Below, in pieces: positions 35,358 through 46,280 of a stretch of DNA of 64,000 bases (the first letter of the stretch is position 1; each line of letters starts with the position of its first letter). Under the pieces are notes generated by a model. That model searched no databases and was not told the DNA's origin. It saw only the letters and a list, made by a program, of their open reading frames with translations. The DNA lies in NCBI GenBank assembly GCA_963827475.1, contig CAWHAZ010000004.1, forward strand, positions 192,001 to 256,000, in the 5' to 3' direction. This DNA comes from an uncultured Chloroflexia bacterium (lineage in GTDB: Bacteria; Chloroflexota; Limnocylindria; QHBO01). Position numbers and translations under genes: made by a program.

Positions 35358-36404
35358 CTAGCGACTGGGCTCGGGGAGACGGAGCAGAATCCGCGTCCCT
35401 TCGCCCTGCCGCGATTCAATCTGCAGCTCCGACCCCATCAGCTCGGCGCGCTCGCGCATGAACTGGAGGCCGAAGTTGCGGGTGGCCCCGGTCGCCAGGC
35501 GCATGACGTCGAAGCCACGGCCGTTGTCGGCGATCACGAGGCGGTTGCTCTCGAGACTGATGCGGACCTCCGTCGCGGCCGCGTGCTTGCGGACGTTCTG
35601 GAGGGCTTCCTGGGTGATGCGCAGGACCGATGCCCGGGCCGCCGCCGACAGGCCGGCGTCGATGCCGTCGACCTCGACCGTGACGGTGATGCCGTTCCGG
35701 TCCTCGAACTCGCTGGCCGCGTCGCGCAGGGCGGCGGCCAGGCCGACCTCGACCGCCGGCGGCCGCAGGGTGGCGATGAAGCCGCGGACCTCCTCCAGCC
35801 CGTCGCGGAGCATGCTCCGCAGGAGCGCGAGCTCGGTCCGGGCCTGGGCGCTGGTCGCGGTCCGGGCGGTCCCGGCGGCGGCCGCTCCGGCCACCACCCG
35901 GTCGAGGTACTCGACCTGGAAGATGGCGTTGGTCAGGACCTGGGCCGGACCGTCATGGATCTCCTCCGCCAGCCGCTGCCGCTCCTGCTCCTGGGCCTGG
36001 ATGATGCGCAGGGCGGTGGCCGCGGCCGAGTCGTCGGTGGTGTCGAGCATCGGCTCGCTGGCGCCGGCGTCGGTGGAGGACAGGTAGCGGACGAGGAGGT
36101 CGAGCTGGCGCTCGGCGACCTCCAGCCGCTTCATCTTGTGCTGGACGTCGGCGAGCTCGCGGACGACCGACTCGTGCTCGATGCGGAGCGGATCGGTCTC
36201 GTCGAGGGACACGCCGCCGCCGTTGGTGTTGTGCTCGAGGCGGGCGCGGAGCTGGAGCCAGGTGCCGAGCCGTCGGCGGTACAGCGCCCGACTGCCCTCC
36301 GCCAGCCGATGGAGACGGCGAGCGGCACGCCCCAGGCTGTCAGCAGCCTGGGCGTTGAGGCGGTCAATCTGGACGACGCCGTTGCGATCGGCGGTCTGGG
36401 CCAC
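35358..36404 (-). CDS. DegS-like cytoplasmic histidine kinase (HisKA_3)
   Basis: Coiled-coil N-terminus with no TM; QERQRLAEEIHDGPAQ, QEALQNVRKHA, DNGRGF and FGLQFMRERA motifs. Confidence 0.9.
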   Translation of the reverse strand: MAQTADRNGVVQIDRLNAQAADSLGRAARRLHRLAEGSRALYRRRLGTWLQLRARLEHNTNGGGVSLDETDPLRIEHESVVRELADVQHKMKRLEVAERQLDLLVRYLSSTDAGASEPMLDTTDDSAAATALRIIQAQEQERQRLAEEIHDGPAQVLTNAIFQVEYLDRVVAGAAAAGTARTATSAQARTELALLRSMLRDGLEEVRGFIATLRPPAVEVGLAAALRDAASEFEDRNGITVTVEVDGIDAGLSAAARASVLRITQEALQNVRKHAAATEVRISLESNRLVIADNGRGFDVMRLATGATRNFGLQFMRERAELMGSELQIESRQGEGTRILLRLPEPSR

Positions 36405-36466
36405 GGCAAACCCTCGTGAAGTACCAGCGCCCGGCTGGTACCGGACTCGTGGGCCATCCTCCCGTC

Positions 36467-36489
36467 GCACTGTGCGTGCGGTCAACAGT
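36467..36489. promoter_or_regulatory. Operator-like motif shared with the cpaB upstream region
   Basis: GCACTGTGCGTGCGGTCAACAGT. Confidence 0.5.
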
Positions 36490-38101
36490 ACTAAGGAGCC
36501 GGAAGTACTAGTCCTCCGCTCCGCGTCAGTCGCGACGGGCTGAGCAATGGTGGCTCCCGGCCCGTCGTAGACGACCTCGTAGAACGGGCTGTCCGAGACC
36601 GTCTCGCGGAGTGCCGGGCAGCAGTCTGGAGGTGACAGCGGGCCGTTGACCTGGCCCTTGGGAATGAACAGCCACGCGTCGGCGAAGCCGGCGGCTGCCG
36701 CCCAGTCGACCATGCACTGGGCACTCGGCGCGGGTGCAGGTCAGGACGTCGACGTGCCGCCGCCGCTGGGCGGCGAAGCCGTCGCGCGCCGAGCCATTCG
36801 CTGCCCTGGACCGTGGCCACGCTCTGGCGGCCGGCCACGGCCGGGAACCACTCGCTGATCTCGTCGAACGCCCCAGACGCACGGTGCTGGCGACGATGAA
36901 CCGGGCGTCCGGATCGGTCTCGGTCGCGACCCAGGTCATGGCCGTCGCCTGATCCTGACGCTCACCCGCTGCAGCCGCGACGTCTCGTCCACAGCCGACG
37001 CCCACGCTGCTGATCAGCGCCAGGAAGAGCGCGGCGGCCGCGATGGCGATCCGCGGCGGTTCGATCCACCGACTCGCGCGCGGGCCCGATCCCGGTCGAC
37101 GAGGAAGCCGCACGCCCAGCTCCGGCCAGGAGGGACCAGGGGAGGGCGGCCATGAATGACGGCTCCGGCCTCGCCGGCGAGGACGAGGCAGGCGAGCAGC
37201 GCGGACAGCGCGGAATCCCGGCGCGGCGAGCTCGACCACCAGGCCCGAGCACGCCGAACACGAGGAAGAGGTCGGCGAAGGCGGCGCCCGAGAAGTTCAG
37301 CCCAAGGAGACTCGATGACGCCGAGCACCGGGTCCCACCGGTGGCCGGCGGCGAACGAGCGCGCCCGAGCCGTGTCGGCTGCGACGGCCACGACCCACGG
37401 AAGCACGACAAGGACGACCAGCGCGGCATGACACCGGCGACGACCACCGAGCGGACGGCCGGCCACGACCTCGACCGGGGCGGTAGGCGAGGACGGCCGA
37501 GCCGGCGGCCGCCAACACGGCCCGCTTGCGGGTGGGACAGAGCCGGACAGGCCGAGCGAGGACGCCCAGCCCCACCGACGCGCGGCCGGGAGCAGACCTT
37601 CGGGAGGCGGCCGCCACGCCATGGCGCAGGCATGCGCGAACAGGAGACCCGTTCCGCGGGTGACGCCGCCGCCGGCGACGATCCCGTCGAAGGCGTGCGG
37701 CATCAGCGCGTAGGTCGACGAGCCGCCACCGACGGCCGCCAGCGGGCGGAAGGACCCGGAACCGCGAGGACGGCGAACGCCGCCGAGAGTCAGCCAGCGA
37801 CAGACCGAAGGCGACAGGATCCGGACCACCTCCAGGCTGCTCGGCCCCGGTCAGCGTCCGCCGATGACAGCGGCGCGCGTACAACGCCGAGGGGCGGGTA
37901 CACGAACGGAAGGTCGAGCGTGGTTGTAGGTGGTGACCTGCCGGGAGCGCGAGCCGGACGCGTCGCGGAGGTCGTCGACCATGACCACGATCAGGCCGCC
38001 ATCCCGCGGCGTCAGGGGCCCCTCGACAGCCGGCAGGAGACGGACCAGTGCGCCGAGACCGAGGGCCACGCTAGCGCAGAACAGCGATCGATCGACTGCA
38101 T
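36490..38101 (-). CDS. GT-C-type multi-TM protein (heavily frameshifted; ends approximate)
   Basis: RDGGL..M, YPP, SVATVQGSEWLG and PPDCCPALR; paralog of 47783-49342. Confidence 0.6.
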
Positions 38102-39729
38102 AGATCCGGACGCCCTCGCATCGAAGACGCGGATCGCAGCTCCGTCGGCCTCGAAGACCGGCTCGCAGCCGAGCCAGGTGGCGGGATTTCCCTCGCTGTC
38201 CGTCGCCGCGCAGCCATCCCACAGTCCCAGTGGATCGGTCGTCGCGTCCTCCCGCAGGGTGATGAGCACCAGGCGGACGTCGTAGGCGCGGACGACCTCC
38301 TCGATGACCGGGTACGGGTCGAACGGCGCGGCCACGCCGGGATTGGCGGTGAGGTGCCACAGGGACGACGGGTCGCCGTACATCACGGTGACATCGGTCT
38401 GGCCGGACTCCTCAGGTAGGCAGCGGCCGCCAGCTCGCGCTGGTGCGAGGTGTCCCACAGGCGGTAGAGCGCCACCGAGCCGGCGACCGACAGGACCACG
38501 GCGCCGACCAGGGCGGCGACCTCCACGAACCGATGGGTCGGCGGTCGGGCCAGGAACTTCCACCCGCGGCCGAGGACGGTGAGCGTGGGGCCGGCGGCGG
38601 CGACGGCCATCGGGAAGGCGAACGGCAGCCAGGCCGCGGCCGAGTGGTAGTACGCGCCGTGCGGGGCGTGGAAGGTGAAGATCAGGCCCATGGCCACGAA
38701 CATCACCACCCAGTAGGCGATGAACGGCGCGGTCTCCGCGCGCCACCGCTCCCGCCACAGGCCGGCGAAGAAGAAGAAGCCGAAGATCCCGCCCAGCAGG
38801 ACGACCGTCCGCCAGCCGATCTCCCACCACGCCACGATCTTGGAGCCGATGATGTTCACCAGCCCCCACTCGAGGTAGGTGGCGGGCGACGGATTGGCGC
38901 TGATCGAGAACTGCTCGTTGTAGCTGGTGATCCACAGGGTGTGGCCGCCGGCCGAGGGGAAGGCCGACCCGAAGGTCGCCAGGTTGCGGCCGAGCCAGGG
39001 CGCCATGACCGCCAGACCGATGAGCCCGGCCAGCAGCAGAGCGCCCACTCCAAGCCGCCTGGCCCCCACACCGGACCACGGCCCCCAGCCGCGGTCGACG
39101 AGGAACGCCGTCGCGGGGGCCGCGGCCAGGAGCAGGCCGTCGACCCGGGCCAGGGTGGCGAGTCCGACCGCCGCGCCGGAGACGAGGAGCCAGGTTGTCG
39201 AGCGGCCGGGCCGGGTGGCGCGGATGGCGGCCCAGATGGCCGCTGCCCCGGCGGCGCCGAAGACGGCGAAGTTGTCGACCGTCGGATACATGATCAGGAG
39301 CGGCCCGGCGAAGATCGCGAGGAGGGCGGCCAGGACGGCGACCCGGCGCGACTGGTACAGGTCGATCCCGACCAGGTAGGTGAACGGGACGAGGGCGACG
39401 CCCAGGGCGAGGATCGGCAGCTGGCCGGCGCGCAGCTCCGGCCCGAGGAGGGCCATCCCGGCCGCGGCCACGATCGAGGTCAGCGGCATCCAGTGCCCGT
39501 TGCTCGGGACGGGGAGCATCGGATCGGCGGGGAGGCTGCCGCCGACCTCGAGGAAGGACCACAGCACCGGCGCGATGAAGCCGTGGCCGGTGGCGAGCTG
39601 CTCGGCCACCATCGCGTAGTAGGCTGGATCGGTATAGGGGGAGTAGTCGATCGCGAGAGCGGCCGCGATCCGCGCGACCAGCGCCGCGGCGGTCAGCAGC
39701 AGCAGGTCGGAGCCGCGGGGCCGAATCAT
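38012..39729 (-). CDS. ArnT/PMT (GT39/GT83)-like membrane glycosyltransferase (frameshift near 38410)
   Basis: DPAYY..VAEQLATGHGF, WMPL, GLATLAR.DG and PWLGRN motifs; many TM segments. Confidence 0.8.
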
Positions 39730-40580
39730 GGGCGTGGCGCGGGCGACATCGCGGGTGAGTCTATCGTGGCATGACGGCCCGAACGGGCTGCCATCTTTGC
39801 CCCTCGCCGGCGTACTTGTGGCGCTCGCGTGCCTGAGCCTGTGGGTCTCGTGGCCCACGATCGTGGCCGTCTTCGACGGCTCGTACGCCTTCGACTGGGC
39901 GAACTTCATCGAGGCCGGCGAGCGCTTCGGCACCGGCACCCTGTACGAGGTCGACCCGCCCTACGCCTTCCGCTGGTCGCCGGTGGCGGCGTGGCTCCTC
40001 GGTTTCGTGACCCTCATGCCGCTGTGGCTGTGGCAGGTCCTGCACCTCGCCGTCCTGCCCCTGCTCCGTTCGTGGCTGCTGGTCGCCGCGGTCCTGGTCA
40101 GCTACCCGTTCTGGTTCGACGTCCAGACCGGCAACCTGATGACCTTCGTGGCGGTGCTCGGCGTCCTCGCGCTCCGCGGCGGACGGGTGGCCACCGCCAC
40201 GTTCCTGGTCCTGACCGTCCTCATCCCGCGGCCGCTGATGCTTCCCCTCGCCGTCTGGCTGCTGTGGCAGCGCCCGGCCACCCGGCTGCCGTTCGCCGCG
40301 TTCTTCGTCGCCCATGCCGCGGTCGTGGTCGCGCTCGGCTACGGCGCGGAGTGGCTGGCGGCCCTCACCTCGGTCCAGGCCGAGCTGGGGAACGCCTACA
40401 ACTTCGGCCCGTCGCGCTTCATCGGGGCGCTGTGGATCCCCATCGGCCTGGCGCTCGCCGCGTGGCTGACCTGGCGTGGCCGGCTGGGGCTCGCCAGCGT
40501 GGCGATCAGCCCGTACTGGCTGCCGTACTACTTCCTGATGCTGCTCCTGGAGTTCGCGCCGCCCAAGACATGCGTTCGAC
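39728..40580 (+). CDS. GT87-like membrane glycosyltransferase (ends approximate)
   Basis: FDWANF, YAFRWSP, FWFDVQTGN, IPRPLMLP and SPYWLPYY motifs. Confidence 0.7.
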
Positions 40581-40774
40581 GAAAGTCCTCCCCGGGTACT
40601 ACCGCAAAAGCGCGGAATCCGGCTAATCTGCGCCGACCGGGCTGCCCGATATCGCCCGGAACGGAGGGAGGCCAGGATCGGCAGTCCAGGCGCTGCGGCC
40701 CGCAGCGCTGCGCAGGCAGTTACCCACACTGCGGCGCGACAGGAAGACGCATCGAAGGCGCCGTCGCCATTGGT

Positions 40775-41524
40775 ATGGCGATCGGCCTGTTGGCGTTCAT
40801 GCTGACCCGATCCTGGTCGGTGACCGACGGCGACGCCTACTGGAATGCCGCCATCCGTCTTCGAGATGGCCTGCCGCTCTACCGGAACTCGGGAATCAAG
40901 ACCTCCCGACGACATATCGATACGCTCCCGTGGCTGGCCTGGCTTGTGGATGCCTCTGACGCTCTTGCCCCATGACTTCGCGATCGCGACCTGGCAGGTG
41001 TTCCTCTTCGGGATGCACAGCGGTGGCCTGTATTCCCGCGATCCGACGCGGCGAATGGCTCCTTGCGGCGATTTCGTGGTTCCGTCCTTGCCTGGTCGGC
41101 CCAAGGGGGAAACGTGCACGCGGCACTTGATCGCTCTCCTCGTGTATGGAGTCGGTTCTCGCTGGGGACCGCTGGCGATCGGTATTGCGGCGAGCTTGAA
41201 GGTCTTCCCTATCGGGTACGCCGCTGGTGTACCTCGTGCGTCGGGAGTGGGGAAAGGCGCTGGCCTCGCTGTAGCGATTGCCGTCGTGCTGCTGGGCTGC
41301 CGGCGCTCGCGTACGGACTGGCGCGAACTATCCCGTGGGACATCGGGAACCCGTCAGCTCTGTGGAACGTCCATCCTGGCGGCTGGTGCCGGAGTTGTCC
41401 TCGCCGCCTATGTTCCTGGTGTGGCGACGAAGCACTGGCGTTCGGCTTCGTGTTCGTCACGTTCGGGACCTTACGGTTCATCGCCTACGACCTCGGCTAC
41501 CTCCTGCTCGGATCAGGGCGATAG
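40775..41524 (+). CDS. GT87 (DUF2029)-like glycosyltransferase (frameshifted, atypical composition)
   Basis: DGDAYWNAA.RL..G.PLY, YRYAPW, GGNVHA and ASLKVFP motifs across frames. Confidence 0.7.
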
Positions 41525-41618
41525 TCACGTGCGGTGCGACGCTCGATCCGACGGGGCTCCGAACGTAGCGACGAACCCAAGCGCCCGCGACAGAGTCGGC
41601 GTAAGGGAGCGTTGATCG

Positions 41619-42545
41619 ATGGAGCTGTTGCCCGCCCGCCGCGGGCCTCGGATTTGCTGAGCCGCCCGACCGCGTCTCATTGTTGCGGTACACGGCGCTC
41701 CTGCTGTACGCGGCAGCGAACGTTCTCCTCCTCCTGGCCTTGATACCGGCCCCGAACGCCGACTGGGCCACGACGTGGTGGCAGCTGTCGACGTGGATCG
41801 CGGACGGAGAGCTGTACGCGCACACATGGCGGTACTCACCGTTGGCGCTGCCGATCATGGAGCCGATCATTCGCGCAGGGCCCCTCGCCCTGATCGGCCT
41901 GCAGCGCGGGCGCGATCGCGCTGCTCGCGCCGCTCGGACGAGTCGTTGTCTACGGAGTCGGCCTGTCGGCGTTCGTGTGGATCGACATCGTGGCCGGCAA
42001 CACGTTCACCTTCGTCGTAGTTGCCGCCGCCTTCGCCCTTCGTGGCTCGCGCTTCGGAGCTCTCGCGTTTCTCGCCCTCACTGCCCTGATGCCACGTCCA
42101 GTCCAGATTCCACTTGCGCTCTGGCTTCTGTGGACAAGACCCGACGACGCGGTGGCCGTTCGCCGCCTTGGCTCTCCTCACGCTGGCATTCAGCCTGGGG
42201 ACCGGACTGCTTGTTCCGTGGCTCGGTGCGCTCATGGGCTCGACATCGGAGGTTGCGGCGGCGTACTCGATTGGTCCCGGGGCAGTCCTCGGCAGTGCTT
42301 GGCTCTTGGTCGGCATTCCACTGGCAGCGATCCTGGCCCTGCGCGGCTGGCCGGCGATGGCTGGGTTGGCGCTTTCGCCGTATCTGCTCCCTCAGTATCT
42401 GGCGCTGGGGGTAGCCGAGATTGCATGCTGGCTTTCACGGCCACAAGGGAGTCGGCTCGCCCCGGTTCAGATGGCGCGGGCGGTGGAGGCCATTCCGATA
42501 GGAGTCGGCGAAGCATTACCCGATGGATCACGCGCGCCCGGTTAG
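41619..42545 (+). CDS. GT87-like membrane glycosyltransferase (frameshifted)
   Basis: PAPNADWAT, WRYSP, WIDIVAGNTFTF, MPRPVQIPLALW and SPYLLPQY motifs. Confidence 0.68.
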
Positions 42546-44105
42546 GGCTGCGTCGGATCGCACATAGGGGATGTGGCGGCGGGGGCCCTCACCGGCGCCG
42601 CCAGACCGCGGAGATCGGATCCTCGATAGACCAGTGTGCCAATCTGGGCTCGCGTCCAGCCACGCTCCGAGGTCTGAGCGCTGAGGCGAACACGACGTAG
42701 TCGACCTCGTATCGGTCGAGGACCGCCTGCGGGTCGCCGCGATGCCGATGACGTCGGCGTATCCGTCAGGAGCTCGTCGCTGTAGATGTCCTGCGCGCGC
42801 CCGTCCACGAAGACCAGGTGGCCCGGTCGCTCGTGGATCAGGTAGCCGCCCCACTCGTACCGGTTGAAGACCCGCTCGCCGGGCTGTCTCGGCATTCAGC
42901 CACGCGACGGCGCCGGCGGGAAATGCGCCGGCCTCGGCGCCGCCTGGGCGGCGGCGTCACCTTGGCCAGCGACACCCCAACCCCGAGGATGACCAGCAGG
43001 GCGGCAAGGGCGAGGTGGAGCGGTGATCTAGAGCCCCTCGCGCGGGACCGTGAGGTTGTCGAGCTTCGGCGTGGACCATCGGCCGAATCGTGACGCGGCC
43101 AGACCGGGCTCGAGGTTGATGGCGGCCACGACCGCGACCAGCGGGCCCATGAGCAGCAGGAAGCGCAACGCGAACAGCGGCATCAGGCCAGGCCGATGAC
43201 GATCAGCGCATCGGACAGGCGCAGCTTGCGGCGGAGGTTGGTCAGGGTCGGGACGACCGCCACGAGCAGGAACGCCAGGTACGCCGGCCAAGAGGCGCGG
43301 GTCGTCGGTCACCGGGAACCACTCGTGGATGTACAGGTTGATCACCGAGTTGCCGATGGCGTGCAGCGGGATAGCCCCAGAGCGCCGTCCCGTTGGGGTT
43401 CAACGCCAGCGCGCCGAAGGCAACGATCAGGGCGAGGCCCAGGTCGCGCAGCTGGCGCGGTTCCAGCGGTCCCGGGGAGACAGACCGATGGAGAAGCCGA
43501 TCCCCGGCTTCTCCCACCAGGACCGCCCCGCCAAGGAGGAACAGCATCGGCCAGCCGGCGTGGAGGTTGGCCCACGCCGCCGCGACGAACGGAAGGGCCA
43601 CGACCCAGCGCCGCTGCCGGTCGACCAGGTAGCGGGCGAGGAGCCACAGGACGACAGCGCTGAGCAGCAGGTCGACGATCTGGACGCGGACGCCCAGCAC
43701 CGGCGCGGCCAGGATCAGGCCGAGGGTCAGCCACACGATCCGCCACGCCCAGCGCACAGCCGGGTTGCGGACGCCGATCGTCCGCCACAGGACGGCGAAG
43801 GCGGCCACCACCAGCAGGCCGAACGTGAGCGACAGGACGGTCTCGCCCAGCGGGTCGGTGCCGCGGATGGCCGCCATGGCGGCGTTCGTGAGCCAGTCCT
43901 GGCTGATCCACGGCGTGCCGAAGGCGGTGAAGCTCCACGAATCTGCCCGCGGCACGGCGCCGGTGGCGAGGATCTCCTCGCCCGCGCGCAGGTGCCACCA
44001 CACGTCGCCGTCGATGAGCGGCCACGTGGCGCTGGGAAGGACTGCGGCCATGAAGAACGCGATGACTGCGATGCCCGACGCCGCGAGGCCGCGGGCGATG
44101 AACAT
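42542..44105 (-). CDS. GT-C-type multi-TM protein (frameshifted)
   Basis: DVWWHLRAG, D.WSFT, WANLHAG, IHEW, YEWGGYL and VFVDGR motifs; paralog of 46281-47756. Confidence 0.75.
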
Positions 44106-44192
44106 GGCGCGGAGTCTAGGGGCGCACCGCGCCCCGAAACCCTGCCCATTCGTACCGCTGGTCGGCCTCGCCGCCGGTGCTAGCCTCGCGCG

Positions 44193-45109
44193 GTGCAGCG
44201 ATCGCGCCTGGCCTGGGGCGTCCTCATCGGCCTCTACCTGGCGCTCGGCCTCGCCGGCGCGATCTACCTCGCCGGGACCACCGTCATCGGCCAGGACCTG
44301 GCGACCTACCAGCGGGCGGGGGACCTGCTGTGGTCGGGCCAGAACCCGTACTCGGGCCAGTCGGACCTGGGGCAGGAGAACCAGTATCGGTATCCGCCCC
44401 TGCTGGCCATGGTCATCCCGATCCTCGGCTGGCCGCCGCTGTGGTACGGCCTGCTGGCCCTCGCCACCGCGGCCACGATCTGGCTCTGGTACCGGACCGC
44501 CGGCCTGCCCGGCCTGCTCGTGCCGGCGCTGCTGGTCGGGGCCTGGGGCCAGCAGCTGCTGAACGGCAACTCGCAGGCCATCGTGGTCTGGCTGCTGGCC
44601 ATCACTCCGCTCGCGATTCGAGTCGGGCGAATCGCCGAATCCGGCGTCAGCCCGCCGTCGGCCCGGTCGCGCTGGCGGTGGCCACCATGCTGAAGATCCA
44701 CCCGGTCATCGGCCTGGTGTGGTTCGCCGGCCGCCGCGACTGGCGGGCGATCGGCCTCTACGGCGCCGCCTGCGCCGTGCTCCTGCTCATCCAGCTGCCG
44801 TGGCTGGGCGACTTCATCGACTACTACCTGAATGACCCGGCCGCCGCCGAGACGATCCCGGGCATGAGCCTGCGCGCGATCCATCCCGCCGTGTGGGTGA
44901 TCGGCTTCCTCGTCGTCCTCGCGCTCGCCTGGCGCTACGCCGGGACCCGATACGGGTGGCTGCTGGCCACCGTCGCCCAGCTGGTGGCCCTGCCGCGGGT
45001 GCTCCTCGTCAACCTGGCGCTGCTGCTGGCGGCTCCGCTGCCGCCTCGGCGTCCGCGCGAGGCGTCCGCCACATCGTCCACGCCAGCGCCAGCAGCCACA
45101 CCGGAATGA
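44193..45109 (+). CDS. GT87 (DUF2029)-like glycosyltransferase (frameshift near 44650)
   Basis: QDLATYQRAG..G.NPY, YRYPP, NGNSQ and MLKIHP motifs. Confidence 0.78.
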
Positions 45110-46088
45110 GCGGGAACACGATCAGCAGCCACGGGTAGGGCGCCAGCCACCGCGGACGGCGGCGGAGGACCGGATCGACCACCACCACCAGCCCCGACAG
45201 GTAGTGGATGAAGGTGTAAGGGCCGAGGACGATCCCGGAGACGAGTGACAGGCCCAGACCGATGTCGCCGCGGCGCACGAGCGCCGCGGCGCCGATGACC
45301 ACCGCGGCCACGACCCCGACCACCACGCCGGGCGGGCCCAGCAGTCCGCTGAACCCGATGTTGGCGGTGAACGTCCGCTCCAGCGGCTCGCGGAAGGTCC
45401 CCAGCCACGCCAGCCACAGCTCGGGGCCGTAGACGAGCACCCCGGCCACGACCCCGATCCCGAGGACGGCCAGGGCCGCCACCGCGTCCCGCGGCCGCCG
45501 GATGGCAAGCCACAGGGCGAGGGGCAGGAGGTGCGGCTTGGGGGCGAGGAGGAGCAGGAGGCCGAAGGCCAGGCCCCCGATCCCGTCGCGGCGGGCGAGC
45601 AGGACGGCGAGCACCGCCACCGTGAAGACGCTGACGTTGCCGAGCGCGAGGTCGTGCCAGATGGGCGGGAAGAACAGGACCATGCCCGCCACCAGCCAGC
45701 GGGCGTCGCCGGTCCACCGCCGGCCCAGGCCAACGGCGACCACCGCCACGACCACGACCTTGAGGGCCAGCCACAGCCAGATCGCCGCCGTCTCCGACAG
45801 CCCGGCGAGCGGGGTGAAGAGCAGCGCCGCCCACGGGGAGTAGCGGAACGTGTAGGTATCGCTCCAGTCGTACAGGCTGGACGGGTCGTCGAGCAGCCGC
45901 TGGCCGGCCTGCTGGTAGCAGCACGTGAAGTCGAACGCGAAGTCGCCGTTGGCCGCGATGAAGACGATCGCCGCGTCCGCCAGCAGGAACGCGACCGCGG
46001 ACAGGATGATCAGGCTGCCGTCCGACAGCCAGGCCCGGCGCAGGGTTTCGCTCAGGGGACGCCCGGTGGAGGCGGTCACCGCGGCCAT
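45009..46088 (-). CDS. GT87 (DUF2029)-like glycosyltransferase
   Basis: FDFTCCY.QAG, FRYSP, DLALGNVS and PKPH motifs; intact ORF. Confidence 0.82.
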   Translation of the reverse strand: MAAVTASTGRPLSETLRRAWLSDGSLIILSAVAFLLADAAIVFIAANGDFAFDFTCCYQQAGQRLLDDPSSLYDWSDTYTFRYSPWAALLFTPLAGLSETAAIWLWLALKVVVVAVVAVGLGRRWTGDARWLVAGMVLFFPPIWHDLALGNVSVFTVAVLAVLLARRDGIGGLAFGLLLLLAPKPHLLPLALWLAIRRPRDAVAALAVLGIGVVAGVLVYGPELWLAWLGTFREPLERTFTANIGFSGLLGPPGVVVGVVAAVVIGAAALVRRGDIGLGLSLVSGIVLGPYTFIHYLSGLVVVVDPVLRRRPRWLAPYPWLLIVFPLIPVWLLALAWTMWRTPRADAEAAAEPPAAAPG

Positions 46089-46280
46089 GCTGCCACGCCG
46101 CCTGCGGGCGGACCGATCCGCCGCGCGTTACGTGGCTTCGTGATAAGGACGGCCTATCACGAGGCTGTCGTACCGAACGGAACATGCCGCCGGCAGCCCG
46201 CCGGGATCGGTACCTTCAGGTCATCCCGGTGCGTACAGGCACCGACTAGACTCGCCGCCGATGCTCAGGCCGCACCCCTC

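Noticed and set aside
35358-36713. ORF fusing a GT-C C-terminus to the DegS-like kinase
   Set aside because: The linker is intergenic-like and carries the shared operator; a GTG with RBS sits at 36404; the upstream gene is riddled with indels.
39728-40975. Apparent fusion of two GT87-like genes
   Set aside because: The intervening ~60 codons look noncoding; likely read-through caused by an indel.
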